From Candidatus Heimdallarchaeota archaeon (GTDB lineage: Archaea > Asgardarchaeota > Heimdallarchaeia > Hodarchaeales > Hodarchaeaceae), in contig DXJL01000101.1 in NCBI GenBank assembly GCA_019057635.1, positions 1 to 46,569 on the forward strand: a stretch of DNA of 46,569 bases, read 5' to 3'. Below the pieces are notes generated by a model. It had not been told where the DNA came from. It was given only the letters and a program-made list of their open reading frames with translations, and did no database searches. Both the position numbers and the translations under genes were made by a program. Numbering within the stretch: position 1 is the stretch's first letter; each line of letters opens with the position of its first letter. This document shows positions 8,709 through 17,557 of this stretch, piece by piece.

Positions 8709-9191
8709 GTGACAAATTTGGGAAGTAATTCATTAGAAATAACCACTGAAAAGAAAACTTACCATTTCCCTTTAGATAGATATTATTTTACACAGGAACC
8801 AGGCCATATATGGTTGAAAATCGATGGCGAATTATTAAACGTAGGTTTTGACGATTTCGGACAATCTCAAGGTCCTATTCTTCATATTCGAACTCGTCCT
8901 GCAGGTAAAACTTATTCCCAAGGAAAAGCTTTTGGTACCGTTGAAACAAACAAATTTATTGGACAATTACGTTTTCCTGTATCTGGATCCATTGTTGAAA
9001 CCAATTCCGAAGTTTTTGATGATCCTCAATTAATAAATAATGCACCTTATGATCAATGGATAGTAAAAATTAGGCCTACAAACTTAGAATTAGATATGAA
9101 ATCAGAATATATTATTGCAATCGGTGATCGAGATCGACTCGAAAAATATATCGTAGCAGAACTCATAAAATATGAAGATCCGCCAATCTAA
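8709..9191 (+). CDS. GcvH-like lipoyl-carrier protein (divergent paralog)
   Basis: HIWLK, VGFDDFGQ, GTVETNKFIG (lipoyl Lys), PVSGSIVETN, INNAPYDQWIVKI. Confidence 0.85.
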   Translation: MTNLGSNSLEITTEKKTYHFPLDRYYFTQEPGHIWLKIDGELLNVGFDDFGQSQGPILHIRTRPAGKTYSQGKAFGTVETNKFIGQLRFPVSGSIVETNSEVFDDPQLINNAPYDQWIVKIRPTNLELDMKSEYIIAIGDRDRLEKYIVAELIKYEDPPI

Positions 9192-9398
9192 CTATTCATT
9201 TGTGATCACATCACTGATGGAACCGTTACCTAGAAACTATTCGATAAATTGTCTTCTTACAAGGAAATTATTGTAACAGCACTTTTCATCAGTTTAAACT
9301 CTGCGGACTTCTTCATCAGTAACTTTTTTATACCGGGAGAAATTAGGATTATCCAGAAAGACATTTTTGTCGTTTCATCTTTTGAAGGGGACAGTAAA

Positions 9399-9524
9399 AT
9401 GGATATAGTAACAATTCTACTATCACTAATCGGACTCGGGTTAGTAGTGCTACTAGGGGGCTTTCTAATAATTGGGATTCTTGGTTTATTATATTTAATC
9501 ATCACAGGAAAACGATGGGACTAA
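9399..9524 (+). CDS. 41-aa hydrophobic membrane microprotein
   Basis: MDIVTILLSLIGLGLVVLLGGFLIIGILGLLYLIITGKRWD. SD-like GAAGGGGA upstream of ATG 9399. Confidence 0.6.
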   Translation: MDIVTILLSLIGLGLVVLLGGFLIIGILGLLYLIITGKRWD

Positions 9525-9534
9525 TTTTTTCGTT

Positions 9535-10032
9535 TTAGATGATTTTAGAGGAATAAGAAACCTCATTTCCAACTGTTTCACTCAGAATTATTGTCAACTC
9601 GGATACCATTTCATATTTGCCTGTTTCTTTCATTTTTGACGAAATAAATTTATGAATATATTCAGCAAGATGCTCACAAGTCGTCTGTTCAATACCCTTG
9701 AGAATTTTCACATCTTTCTGAGGAAACGAGTACTCCTTTCCTTGTAATAAAATTAACCAGTTTTCTCCATTCCTTATTGGTTGTATTTTTATTCCAGGGG
9801 ATCTTTCGGGTAATAAAATCTTATGATTTAGTTCATTGATTATTTGATTTACCCATGAGTTTACTACCCTGAAGTCAAAAAATTGGTCAATAATTTCCGA
9901 ATGATACTTCATCCGCAACTTTACCGAATAATCGTGACCATGCAATCTATCACACCTTGAATATCCGATTAAAAAGTGACAGGCTGAAAAATGATTTCTT
10001 GGCCTCGAATAATTCTGTTCTAGAATGGGCAT
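9535..10032 (-). CDS. queD: 6-carboxy-5,6,7,8-tetrahydropterin synthase (QueD/PTPS family)
   Basis: FSACH, CDRLHGHDY, DFRVV, LNHKILLP, TTCEHLAEYI, LSET. Confidence 0.9.
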   Translation of the reverse strand: MPILEQNYSRPRNHFSACHFLIGYSRCDRLHGHDYSVKLRMKYHSEIIDQFFDFRVVNSWVNQIINELNHKILLPERSPGIKIQPIRNGENWLILLQGKEYSFPQKDVKILKGIEQTTCEHLAEYIHKFISSKMKETGKYEMVSELTIILSETVGNEVSYSSKII

Positions 10033-10202
10033 TTTCAGGTTCCAACGAGTGATCCTTATATTTGAGAAATTTTTTTGCTATAAATTTAAGCTCTACTAGG
10101 TGGGAAGATGGTGAGAATCAACACTCATAATATGATTGTGACATCGTTCCTTTAATTTCAAAGTTGGTACCTTTACTTAAGGGAATCATAGGAGATACAA
10201 CT

Positions 10203-10727
10203 TTGGCCATTGATAATGTAGCAACCAAACTCATTCTAATAGGTGACGGTAGAGTAGGAAAAACATCACTATGCTCTCATCTTCGAACTAAAACCATTCC
10301 TGGACAATATAACTTGACAGTGGGATTAAATATTGAAGTCCACGAAACATTGATGAAAGGTACATTAGTAAAATTAGTCTTATGGGACTTGGCAGGACAA
10401 CACAGGTTTGGTTGTATAAGAAGTGATTTTTACATGGGAGCCAGAGTTGCATTGATCGTTTTTGATGTTCAGAATAGGGGTTCATTCTTTGATGTCAAGC
10501 ATTGGATTAGAGAATTAAAACGGCATAGTCCAAATACACCTTTTATTCTTGTAGGGAATAAAATGGATCTTCACAAACGTGAAGTTTCAACAGAAGAAGC
10601 TAAACGAGTTGCACAAGAATTTTCCGCCTTTTACTTTGAAACTAGTGCGCTAGAAGGAGAAAATGTCGAAGAATTATTCCAATTGGCTACTCGTCTTGCA
10701 TTACAAGGAACCGCGGTTGCTTATTAA
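10203..10727 (+). CDS. Rab-like small GTPase (Ras superfamily)
   Basis: G1 GDGRVGKTS, G2 YNLTVG, G3 WDLAGQ, G4 NKMD, G5 ETSA. Likely TTG start at 10203 after GGAG (ORF track starts at 10164). Confidence 0.92.
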   Translation: MAIDNVATKLILIGDGRVGKTSLCSHLRTKTIPGQYNLTVGLNIEVHETLMKGTLVKLVLWDLAGQHRFGCIRSDFYMGARVALIVFDVQNRGSFFDVKHWIRELKRHSPNTPFILVGNKMDLHKREVSTEEAKRVAQEFSAFYFETSALEGENVEELFQLATRLALQGTAVAY

Positions 10728-10932
10728 TGCTGAAAGTTTAATTTTTGGAACCATGAGAGAATAAGACTTATCTTCAGCAATGTAGAGTATTTAGGTGTGT
10801 GGTTCATTATCTCGAAAGTTACTTTAATCTAATTATATGCGGTTTTTTTTGTAATATTTCCCAATTCAGACTATTTAGAATGAATTAAAACGAGGATAGA
10901 TCATCTCTCAACATATTTTTGGTGAAAGTTCA

Positions 10933-11568
10933 ATGATTAGGAACCTGAAAGTTCAACGCCTTGCATTATTATTTTTCATAGTTATCATACTAATTGTAAA
11001 CGGTTCAATTTTACAATCAAAAAGCACTCCTCAAGATAATGATTACTATCCATTTCGACTTTACATGGTTGCTAGTCCTGAGGCTGCTTATCAAAATGAT
11101 CACTTTAATATGAGTCTTTCAATAACTAATATTCACTTTGATGAGATTTTGAATGTCTCCTTGCAGTTTGAAGTTCATGAGGATTTGGAATTCATAAAAA
11201 GTTCAGAATTAGACTTGGAAGCGGAAAATGATTCCTCTGAGATGAACTATACCGTTGGTGCACTAGAAGTTGACGAGATATATTTAATCCGCCTAGAATT
11301 CAATGTTACGAGTTCTGATACAAAAACAATAACTGTGGAAGGGATTACTGTGAATTTTCAACTTTTAAATGGTCTTTCGTCATTTGTAATTTCAAATTCT
11401 GTCAATATTCTGCTTAAAGGCGAACAAGTTACATCCCAATCGAATTCTCTTCCTACTTTACCTTCAGACCTGACACCTCCAGATGATAGTCTAATATTCT
11501 TCGCCTATTTCTTACCAATTGTAATGTTCGGAATCAGTGTTTTTATTCTTAGACGTATCCGTCGTTAA
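10933..11568 (+). CDS. Signal peptide + beta-sandwich + C-terminal TM protein (DUF11/TRAP-beta-like)
   Basis: N-terminal hydrophobic helix, alternating beta pattern with several N-x-S/T sequons, TM helix LIFFAYFLPIVMFGISVFIL, basic tail RRIRR. Confidence 0.6.
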   Translation: MIRNLKVQRLALLFFIVIILIVNGSILQSKSTPQDNDYYPFRLYMVASPEAAYQNDHFNMSLSITNIHFDEILNVSLQFEVHEDLEFIKSSELDLEAENDSSEMNYTVGALEVDEIYLIRLEFNVTSSDTKTITVEGITVNFQLLNGLSSFVISNSVNILLKGEQVTSQSNSLPTLPSDLTPPDDSLIFFAYFLPIVMFGISVFILRRIRR

Positions 11569-11815
11569 ATTAACGAATATTAACCTTGGAATAACCAGTT
11601 TCATTAACAGTAGATGTAGGTGAAATTTGTGATTTTATTCTTAAGAAAAGTTGTCTAATTTAGTGATTTCATAAATCATTCAAGATTTTCTAGTCAAAAA
11701 AAGTAGAATCTATCCTACTTTGTCTCTTTACGAATATTTACCTAGGATGAGAAAAAAATTTGATTTAATCATTTTTGCCAAATAATTTAAATTTGGCTGA
11801 GGAGCTAATCTGAAA

Positions 11816-13270
11816 ATGAAAAGATCCTCAATTCAGGAGGTAATACCTGCTTTGCATTCGATTCAGCACTTATCTCACCCATTTCTGCCTCAAACCGAAT
11901 CTCAAATTAAGACTATGTTAAAAACTATGAATGTTTCATCGATTGAAGACCTTTACTCAATAATACCCAAGGAATTACGCTTTGAAGGAAAATTAAACCT
12001 CCCAAAAACCCACTCAGAACAAGAAACTTTGCGAAAGATTCAATCTGTTTTGCAGAAAAACGTAACTACAGACGATTTAATCTCATTTCTAGGTGCGGGA
12101 ATATATCCACACTTCATTCCTTCAGTAGTTCCCTCAATCGTGAATAGATCAGAATTTATTACTTCATATACACCTTATGCACCAGAAGTCTCACAAGGTA
12201 TGCTCCAGGGATTATGGGAATATCAATCAATGATAGCAGAATTAACCCAGCTAGACCTCGTAAATTCATCAATGTACGACTTCGCCACCACTTTAGGTGA
12301 AGCTGCTTTAATGTCTACTCGTGCAACGAAAAAAAATACGTTCCTTGTTCCAGAATACATTCAACCAGAGAGATTGAATACTCTTATAACCTATACTACC
12401 GGCCCTAAATTGAAAATAGTAACGTATCCCTGTGATAAGCTAACTGGTCAAGCTGATTTAGAAAAGTTAACCAGTATTATCGAATTGAAACGAAATCAGA
12501 TAAGTGGAGTTTACATTGAAAATCCTAACTTCTGGGGGGTGATTGAGGAGGAAATAGTCCAGATTGGAGAATTAACCCATGATCAGAACTCATTATTCAT
12601 TATAGGTTTTGATCCAATTTCCTTAGGATTACTGAGATCGCCAGGAGAATTGGGAGCTGATATCGCAATCGGAGACGGACAACCGTTAGGCCTTCCAATG
12701 AATTTCGGGGGCCCATTATTAGGTTTATTTGCCGTTAAAAATGATAAAAAATTAGTAAGAGCAATGCCAGGTAGAATAATTGGATTAACCACAGAAATAA
12801 ATTCTTCCAATAGGGCTTTTACAATGACACTACAAACTCGTGAGCAGCATATTCGACGAGAAAGAGCCACATCCAATATATGCACAAATAACGCCTTATG
12901 CGCCCTTGCATCAACTGTGTATTTGAGTTTAATAGGCCCCCATGGATTAAAATCATTGGCTGAAACTTCTCTAGCAAAAGCTCACCATTTGGCAGAGCGA
13001 CTTTCAATGTTTGATGAAATCAGCTCCCCCCACTTTACTGGTCCCTTTTTTAAAGAATTTGTCTTTACATTGAATTCTCCCTCACTAATGGACTCATTCA
13101 CTAAATTTATGAGAACGAGAAACATAATTCCCGGCCTTTCCTTAATTAAGGACTTTCCATCTTTGGGATCGAGTTATTTAGCAAGTGTTACAGAAATGAC
13201 AACGAGCTCAGATATGGAGCTATTTCTTGACACAGTTCTTGAATTTTTTAGGACACATGGAGGGAAATAA
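11816..13270 (+). CDS. gcvPA: Glycine dehydrogenase (decarboxylating) subunit 1
   Basis: FLGAGIYPH, TSYTPYAPEVSQGMLQ, NSSMYD, FGGPLLG, LQTREQHIRRERATSNICTN. The start may be slightly downstream. Confidence 0.97.
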   Translation: MKRSSIQEVIPALHSIQHLSHPFLPQTESQIKTMLKTMNVSSIEDLYSIIPKELRFEGKLNLPKTHSEQETLRKIQSVLQKNVTTDDLISFLGAGIYPHFIPSVVPSIVNRSEFITSYTPYAPEVSQGMLQGLWEYQSMIAELTQLDLVNSSMYDFATTLGEAALMSTRATKKNTFLVPEYIQPERLNTLITYTTGPKLKIVTYPCDKLTGQADLEKLTSIIELKRNQISGVYIENPNFWGVIEEEIVQIGELTHDQNSLFIIGFDPISLGLLRSPGELGADIAIGDGQPLGLPMNFGGPLLGLFAVKNDKKLVRAMPGRIIGLTTEINSSNRAFTMTLQTREQHIRRERATSNICTNNALCALASTVYLSLIGPHGLKSLAETSLAKAHHLAERLSMFDEISSPHFTGPFFKEFVFTLNSPSLMDSFTKFMRTRNIIPGLSLIKDFPSLGSSYLASVTEMTTSSDMELFLDTVLEFFRTHGGK

Positions 13271-13271
13271 A

Positions 13272-14798
13272 GTGTTTAAACAAAGTAAATGGCCAAAAAC
13301 ACTGATTTTCGAGAAATCAACTCCTGGACGAATTGGATATCAGGTTCCAGAATTATCATCTGAAGAAGAAAAAGTGCTAGAGAAGGCAAAACGTACGATT
13401 TCAAGTGATTTATTAAGGGAGAATTCCCCTAATCTTCCTGAAGTCAGTGAACTTGAGGTAGTACGACATTTTACTCGCTTATCTCAAATGACCTATGGAG
13501 TAGACTCTGGTTTTTATCCTCTAGGAAGCTGTACCATGAAATACAATCCGAAAATTTGTGATACTGCAGCTTCCATGATTGACGCTCAAAATATTCATCC
13601 CTACCAACCAGAGGATACAATTCAAGGTTCATTACAAATAATGTATGAATTAGCAAAATGGCTAGCGGAGCTTTCAGGAATGGCGGGCGTAACCTTACAA
13701 CCTGCCGCTGGTGCTCATGGAGAATATACGGGTATTATGATTCTTAGGAAATACCATGAATCTCAAAATAACCTAGCAATTAAAAATGAAATAATCGTAC
13801 CTGATAGTGCTCATGGAACAAATCCTGCAACTGTTTCAATGTGCGGGTTCAAAACCATAGTAATACCATCTAACAATGATGGCTGCGTTGATATTGATGC
13901 TCTTAGATCTTCTGTCACAAATAAGACAGCAGGTATGATGTTAACTAATCCAAACACTCTAGGAATTTTTGAACCAAATATTAAGGAAATAACTGACATC
14001 ATCCATGATGTGGATGGATTAATGTATTATGATGGTGCTAATTTCAACGCTATCATGGGTAAAGTTCGACCAGGTGATATGGGATTTGATATTGTACATT
14101 TTAATATTCATAAGACTTTCGCCACACCTCATGGAGGTGGAGGCCCTGGTGCTGGTCCAGTAGGAGTAGTATCACATCTAATACCATTCTTACCTGTACC
14201 ATCGGTTGCTTACAATTCTACAAGTGATTTTTATTATTTGAATTATAACCATAAACAAACAATTGGCAAAGTTAGAAGCTATTTTGGAAATTTCTCAATC
14301 CTGCTGCGAGCTTACACCTATATTCTCAGGTTAGGTCAAACTGGTTTAACTCGAGTTTCTGAAATGGCTAATCTTAATGCAAACTATATGAAAGCTCAAT
14401 GTGCCCGAATTGACGGATTTTCTGTGCCTTATGGTGAGAATTCTTCGTGTATGCACGAATTCGTCCTTTCAGCAAAAAAATTGTACAAAGAAACAGAGAT
14501 TTCGGCCCTAGACATCTCAAAATATCTTCTTGATAATGGTCTTCACCCACCTACAGTGTATTTTCCATTAATTGTTCCTGAGGCACTTATGATAGAACCA
14601 ACGGAGACTGAACCTAAAGAAATCATTGATGACTTTATACAGGTAATTAGAAACATTTCTAAACTGGCATATTCAGGAAAAAAAGAAGACATACAAAATG
14701 CCCCAATAAATACATCTGTTGGAAGAATTGATGATGTTAAGGCTGCAAGAGATCCAATCATAAGCTATCGAATGTTGAAAAAGCAGAAAAAAAATTAA
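13272..14798 (+). CDS. gcvPB: Glycine dehydrogenase (decarboxylating) subunit 2
   Basis: YPLGSCTMKYNP, QPAAGAHGE, SAHGTNPAT, HFNIHKTFATPHGGGGPGAGP (PLP Lys), MIEPTETE. Likely GTG start at 13272, right after the gcvPA stop. Confidence 0.97.
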   Translation: MFKQSKWPKTLIFEKSTPGRIGYQVPELSSEEEKVLEKAKRTISSDLLRENSPNLPEVSELEVVRHFTRLSQMTYGVDSGFYPLGSCTMKYNPKICDTAASMIDAQNIHPYQPEDTIQGSLQIMYELAKWLAELSGMAGVTLQPAAGAHGEYTGIMILRKYHESQNNLAIKNEIIVPDSAHGTNPATVSMCGFKTIVIPSNNDGCVDIDALRSSVTNKTAGMMLTNPNTLGIFEPNIKEITDIIHDVDGLMYYDGANFNAIMGKVRPGDMGFDIVHFNIHKTFATPHGGGGPGAGPVGVVSHLIPFLPVPSVAYNSTSDFYYLNYNHKQTIGKVRSYFGNFSILLRAYTYILRLGQTGLTRVSEMANLNANYMKAQCARIDGFSVPYGENSSCMHEFVLSAKKLYKETEISALDISKYLLDNGLHPPTVYFPLIVPEALMIEPTETEPKEIIDDFIQVIRNISKLAYSGKKEDIQNAPINTSVGRIDDVKAARDPIISYRMLKKQKKN

Positions 14799-14836
14799 AC
14801 CTACCCCAGATTTGTCTTATCTTCTGAAAATATTTA

Positions 14837-15484
14837 TCAATCTTGGTTTTCTCTAGTTGATTTATGTTCAAGGATTTCTTTGAAAGTTTCTACTAATTGG
14901 AGACGATTCAATGCTAACGTGACGTCTCCACGAGTTCTTTCTGTAAGATTCCGTACAAAATCAGTTTTTTTGCGAAGATTATATGTTAAACTATCTGGAA
15001 AATCAATTGTGAGTAATAAGGTGTATAAATCATCCATCAAATCTAAAGCATTCACCGCAATCTCAATATTATCCTCCTTCCTCAAAGTATCGAGAATAAC
15101 TCTACGTAATTCTCCTACAAAATCTGGAATTCCATGAATATAACCTAAATAAGGAATCTGTAGATCAGTAAAGGTAGGAAAAGGGGTATGGGTCAAAAAA
15201 GATTGAAGGAAAACAGCTTCGGCGTATTCTTGATTACATGATAAAATCATGCCAAAGCGAACCTGTTCCATCTGATTAGACAGTTCATTAATCTCAATAA
15301 TCAACGCTTTGTTTTCCATTATTAATTTGTCAGCTTCTTGGAATTCAGCACGGTGTAAATGCTTTATTGCAATTGATGATTTCTGAATTGCCTTTCGAGA
15401 GAGTATCAAAATTTTTTCACGAACAGAATTAGCTTTGGTTAACTCCTCACTAATTTCTTCAAATATTGTTTGTAATTCTTCCAT
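14837..15484 (-). CDS. Translin/TRAX (C3PO) family protein
   Basis: REKILILSR, QEYAEA, YIHGIPDFVGELRR, LRKKTDFVR. Confidence 0.88.
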   Translation of the reverse strand: MEELQTIFEEISEELTKANSVREKILILSRKAIQKSSIAIKHLHRAEFQEADKLIMENKALIIEINELSNQMEQVRFGMILSCNQEYAEAVFLQSFLTHTPFPTFTDLQIPYLGYIHGIPDFVGELRRVILDTLRKEDNIEIAVNALDLMDDLYTLLLTIDFPDSLTYNLRKKTDFVRNLTERTRGDVTLALNRLQLVETFKEILEHKSTRENQD

Positions 15485-15513
15485 AATAAATCACTGGAAT
15501 TAAATGTTAAAAA

Positions 15514-15648
15514 TGCGGGGGGTGAGATTTGAACTCACGAACGCCTATGCGACTGGATCCTAAGTCCAGCTCCTTTAGTCGGCTTTCAATGATAGCACAT
15601 CATCGAAATTTCAATTTGATGCCTTTGACCTGGCTGGGAAACCCCCGC
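15514..15648 (-). tRNA. tRNA-Leu(UAG) with a 50-nt intron at non-canonical position 21/22 (intron 15575-15624)
   Basis: Spliced: GCGGGGGTTTCCCAGCCAGGTCAA|AGGAGCTGGACTTAGGATCCAGTCGCATAGGCGTTCGTGAGTTCAAATCTCACCCCCCGCA. Anticodon arm CTGGA-CTTAGGA-TCCAG, long variable arm, relaxed BHB (GGTC/GACT helix, AAA bulges). Confidence 0.92.
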
Positions 15649-15655
15649 ATCTATA

Positions 15656-15970
15656 TTAAAATTCTAATTTGATACCAACTGCCTGTCGAATTAATTCCGC
15701 TACGGGATCCTTTGTTCCTTTTACCTGTGATGGAATTTCCAGAATAACTGGATATAAGTTCTTTGCCATATAATTACTAATAGGCTGATGATATTTCTCT
15801 GCGACATCTGAAGTGATCAGAATAATACTTACGTCTTCCCGCTGCCATAAATTAGTGAGAATTGACAATGTATCAATTTTTGCCTCATCTTCAATAGGAT
15901 AAATTTCTCCTACTCCTGCGAGTTTTAGCCAAGAACAGGTCTCTGGATTACCAACAGCTGCAAGATTCAT
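15656..15970 (-). CDS. atpF: A/V-type ATP synthase subunit F
   Basis: LAAVGNPETCSWLKLAGVG, VSIILITSDVA, PVILEIP, LIRQAVGIKL. Confidence 0.92.
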   Translation of the reverse strand: MNLAAVGNPETCSWLKLAGVGEIYPIEDEAKIDTLSILTNLWQREDVSIILITSDVAEKYHQPISNYMAKNLYPVILEIPSQVKGTKDPVAELIRQAVGIKLEF

Positions 15971-15983
15971 TGATTTTCACTTC

Positions 15984-16298
15984 TTAGCTCTCAAGAACCA
16001 TTTTTAGGACCGTTTCAACAGCTTCCTGTCTGTTTTTTACTGCATTTTCTTTTAGATCTTCTTCTTTCTCTTGAAATTTAGACGTAAGTTGTTCTTTTTG
16101 GTCAGTAATTTGATTCTGAATTTCAGATTGTATATTCGCATCATCCATTTGTTTTGTTGTAGTTGAGTCTTGTAATAATCGTTTTGCTGTCTCTTTAGCA
16201 CGGGTTAGAACAGCCTTTGATTCAACGGTTGCTTCTTGTTCAATTTTTTCAGCTTTCTTTTCCGCGTCACGAATGAGATGTAAAAGTTCACCAGCCAT
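15984..16298 (-). CDS. atpH: A/V-type ATP synthase peripheral stalk subunit H (G-like)
   Basis: LLHLIRDAEKKAEKIEQEA coiled coil, 104 aa, ends EAVETVLKMVLES, adjacent to subunit F. Confidence 0.8.
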   Translation of the reverse strand: MAGELLHLIRDAEKKAEKIEQEATVESKAVLTRAKETAKRLLQDSTTTKQMDDANIQSEIQNQITDQKEQLTSKFQEKEEDLKENAVKNRQEAVETVLKMVLES

Positions 16299-16329
16299 CT
16301 ATATTACCTCATATTTTATATTGAGAGAA

Positions 16330-16404
16330 TGGGCCGGAGCAGATTTGAACTGCCGACTTCCACCTTGTAAGGGTGGCGTCATAACCGGGCTAGACCACCG
16401 GCCC
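16330..16404 (-). tRNA. tRNA-Val(UAC)
   Basis: GGGCCGGTGGTCTAGCCCGGTTATGACGCCACCCTTACAAGGTGGAAGTCGGCAGTTCAAATCTGCTCCGGCCCA. Anticodon arm CCACC-CTTACAA-GGTGG. Confidence 0.97.
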
Positions 16405-16501
16405 AGACGAAAAGCTACTCAGATGTAAGGTAATTTTAAATTTATTTAATATTTTTGAGAAGTCTTTTTAATTCAAAATTCTCTCATATTTTTGAGGTAT
16501 C

Positions 16502-17557
16502 ATGGGTACACAAATTGGGAAGTTATTCAGTAATAGTCGTCAAATTATTACAATAAATGCATTGTCTGGCAATAAAATTGGATTTGACGCTTATAATACT
16601 ATATATGCTTTTTTAGCAAGAATTAGAGATAAATCAACTGGTGGAGGTTACTTCACAGATTCGAATGGTCATGTTACTAGCCATTTATTGGGTTTATTTC
16701 CCAGACTTGCTTATTTTCTCGTCCATGATATTCATCCGATATTTATATTTGATGGTAAGCCCCCTGAATTTAAGAAATCAGAAATTATTTCCAGAAAAGA
16801 AAGGAAGAAGAATGCTGAAGACAAGTGGGAGATTGCGATAGCTGCTGGTGATATGGAGGAGGCAGCTAAATATGCACAAGCAACATCACGAATAACTCCT
16901 GAGATTTTAGATGATACCAAGACTCTTCTTCGCTATTTAGGAATCCCGATTGTACAGGCCCCCTCGGAAGCCGAGGCGCAGGGGGCAATACTGACACAAC
17001 AAGGGATTATTACCGCAATGGCATCTCAAGATTATGACTCTTTCCTATTTGGATGTCCAATTGTTATCCGAAACCTTGGGGTAACTCAAAGACGAAAACT
17101 CCCAAATCAACAACGTTTTGTTGATGTGGAAACTGAAAGAATTCAGTTAAAACAATTACTAGCTGAAATGCAGCTTAAGGACAGAGACCAGTTAATTCTT
17201 CTTGGACTACTTATTGGTACGGATTATAATCCAAAAGGGATTAGAGGAATTGGCCCTAAAACCGCTCTGAAACTGGTACAAAAGTATCCATCTTTAGACT
17301 TTTTATTATCTTATCTCGATGCAAAATATGATCTAGAAGAGATATTTCCTTATCCACTCGAAGTGCTGCTCAAATATTTCCGATCTCCTGAAGTGAATGA
17401 GAACGCTGAGATCACTTTTTCTAATCCTCGACCTGCAAGAGTACAAAAATTCTTAGTTGAGGAGCGTGGTTTTAAACCGGAACGTATTCAGAGACAGATA
17501 AAATCCCTTCAACGGATTGCGAATCAAAGTACACTTGACAAATTTTTCAGTGGTTAG
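16502..17557 (+). CDS. fen: Flap endonuclease 1
   Basis: DAYNTIYAFL, TSHLLG, FDGKPP, APSEAEAQ, SQDYDSFLFG, GTDYN..GIGPKTA, C-terminal PIP box QSTLDKFF. Confidence 0.97.
   Translation: MGTQIGKLFSNSRQIITINALSGNKIGFDAYNTIYAFLARIRDKSTGGGYFTDSNGHVTSHLLGLFPRLAYFLVHDIHPIFIFDGKPPEFKKSEIISRKERKKNAEDKWEIAIAAGDMEEAAKYAQATSRITPEILDDTKTLLRYLGIPIVQAPSEAEAQGAILTQQGIITAMASQDYDSFLFGCPIVIRNLGVTQRRKLPNQQRFVDVETERIQLKQLLAEMQLKDRDQLILLGLLIGTDYNPKGIRGIGPKTALKLVQKYPSLDFLLSYLDAKYDLEEIFPYPLEVLLKYFRSPEVNENAEITFSNPRPARVQKFLVEERGFKPERIQRQIKSLQRIANQSTLDKFFSG

Noticed and set aside
9249-9398. Longer 91-aa version of the microprotein and the antisense 9257-9505 ORF
   Set aside because: The SD and the composition change favour ATG 9399.
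17554-17557. 4-bp overlap of the convergent fen and pcm stop codons
   Set aside because: Common in compact prokaryotic genomes.
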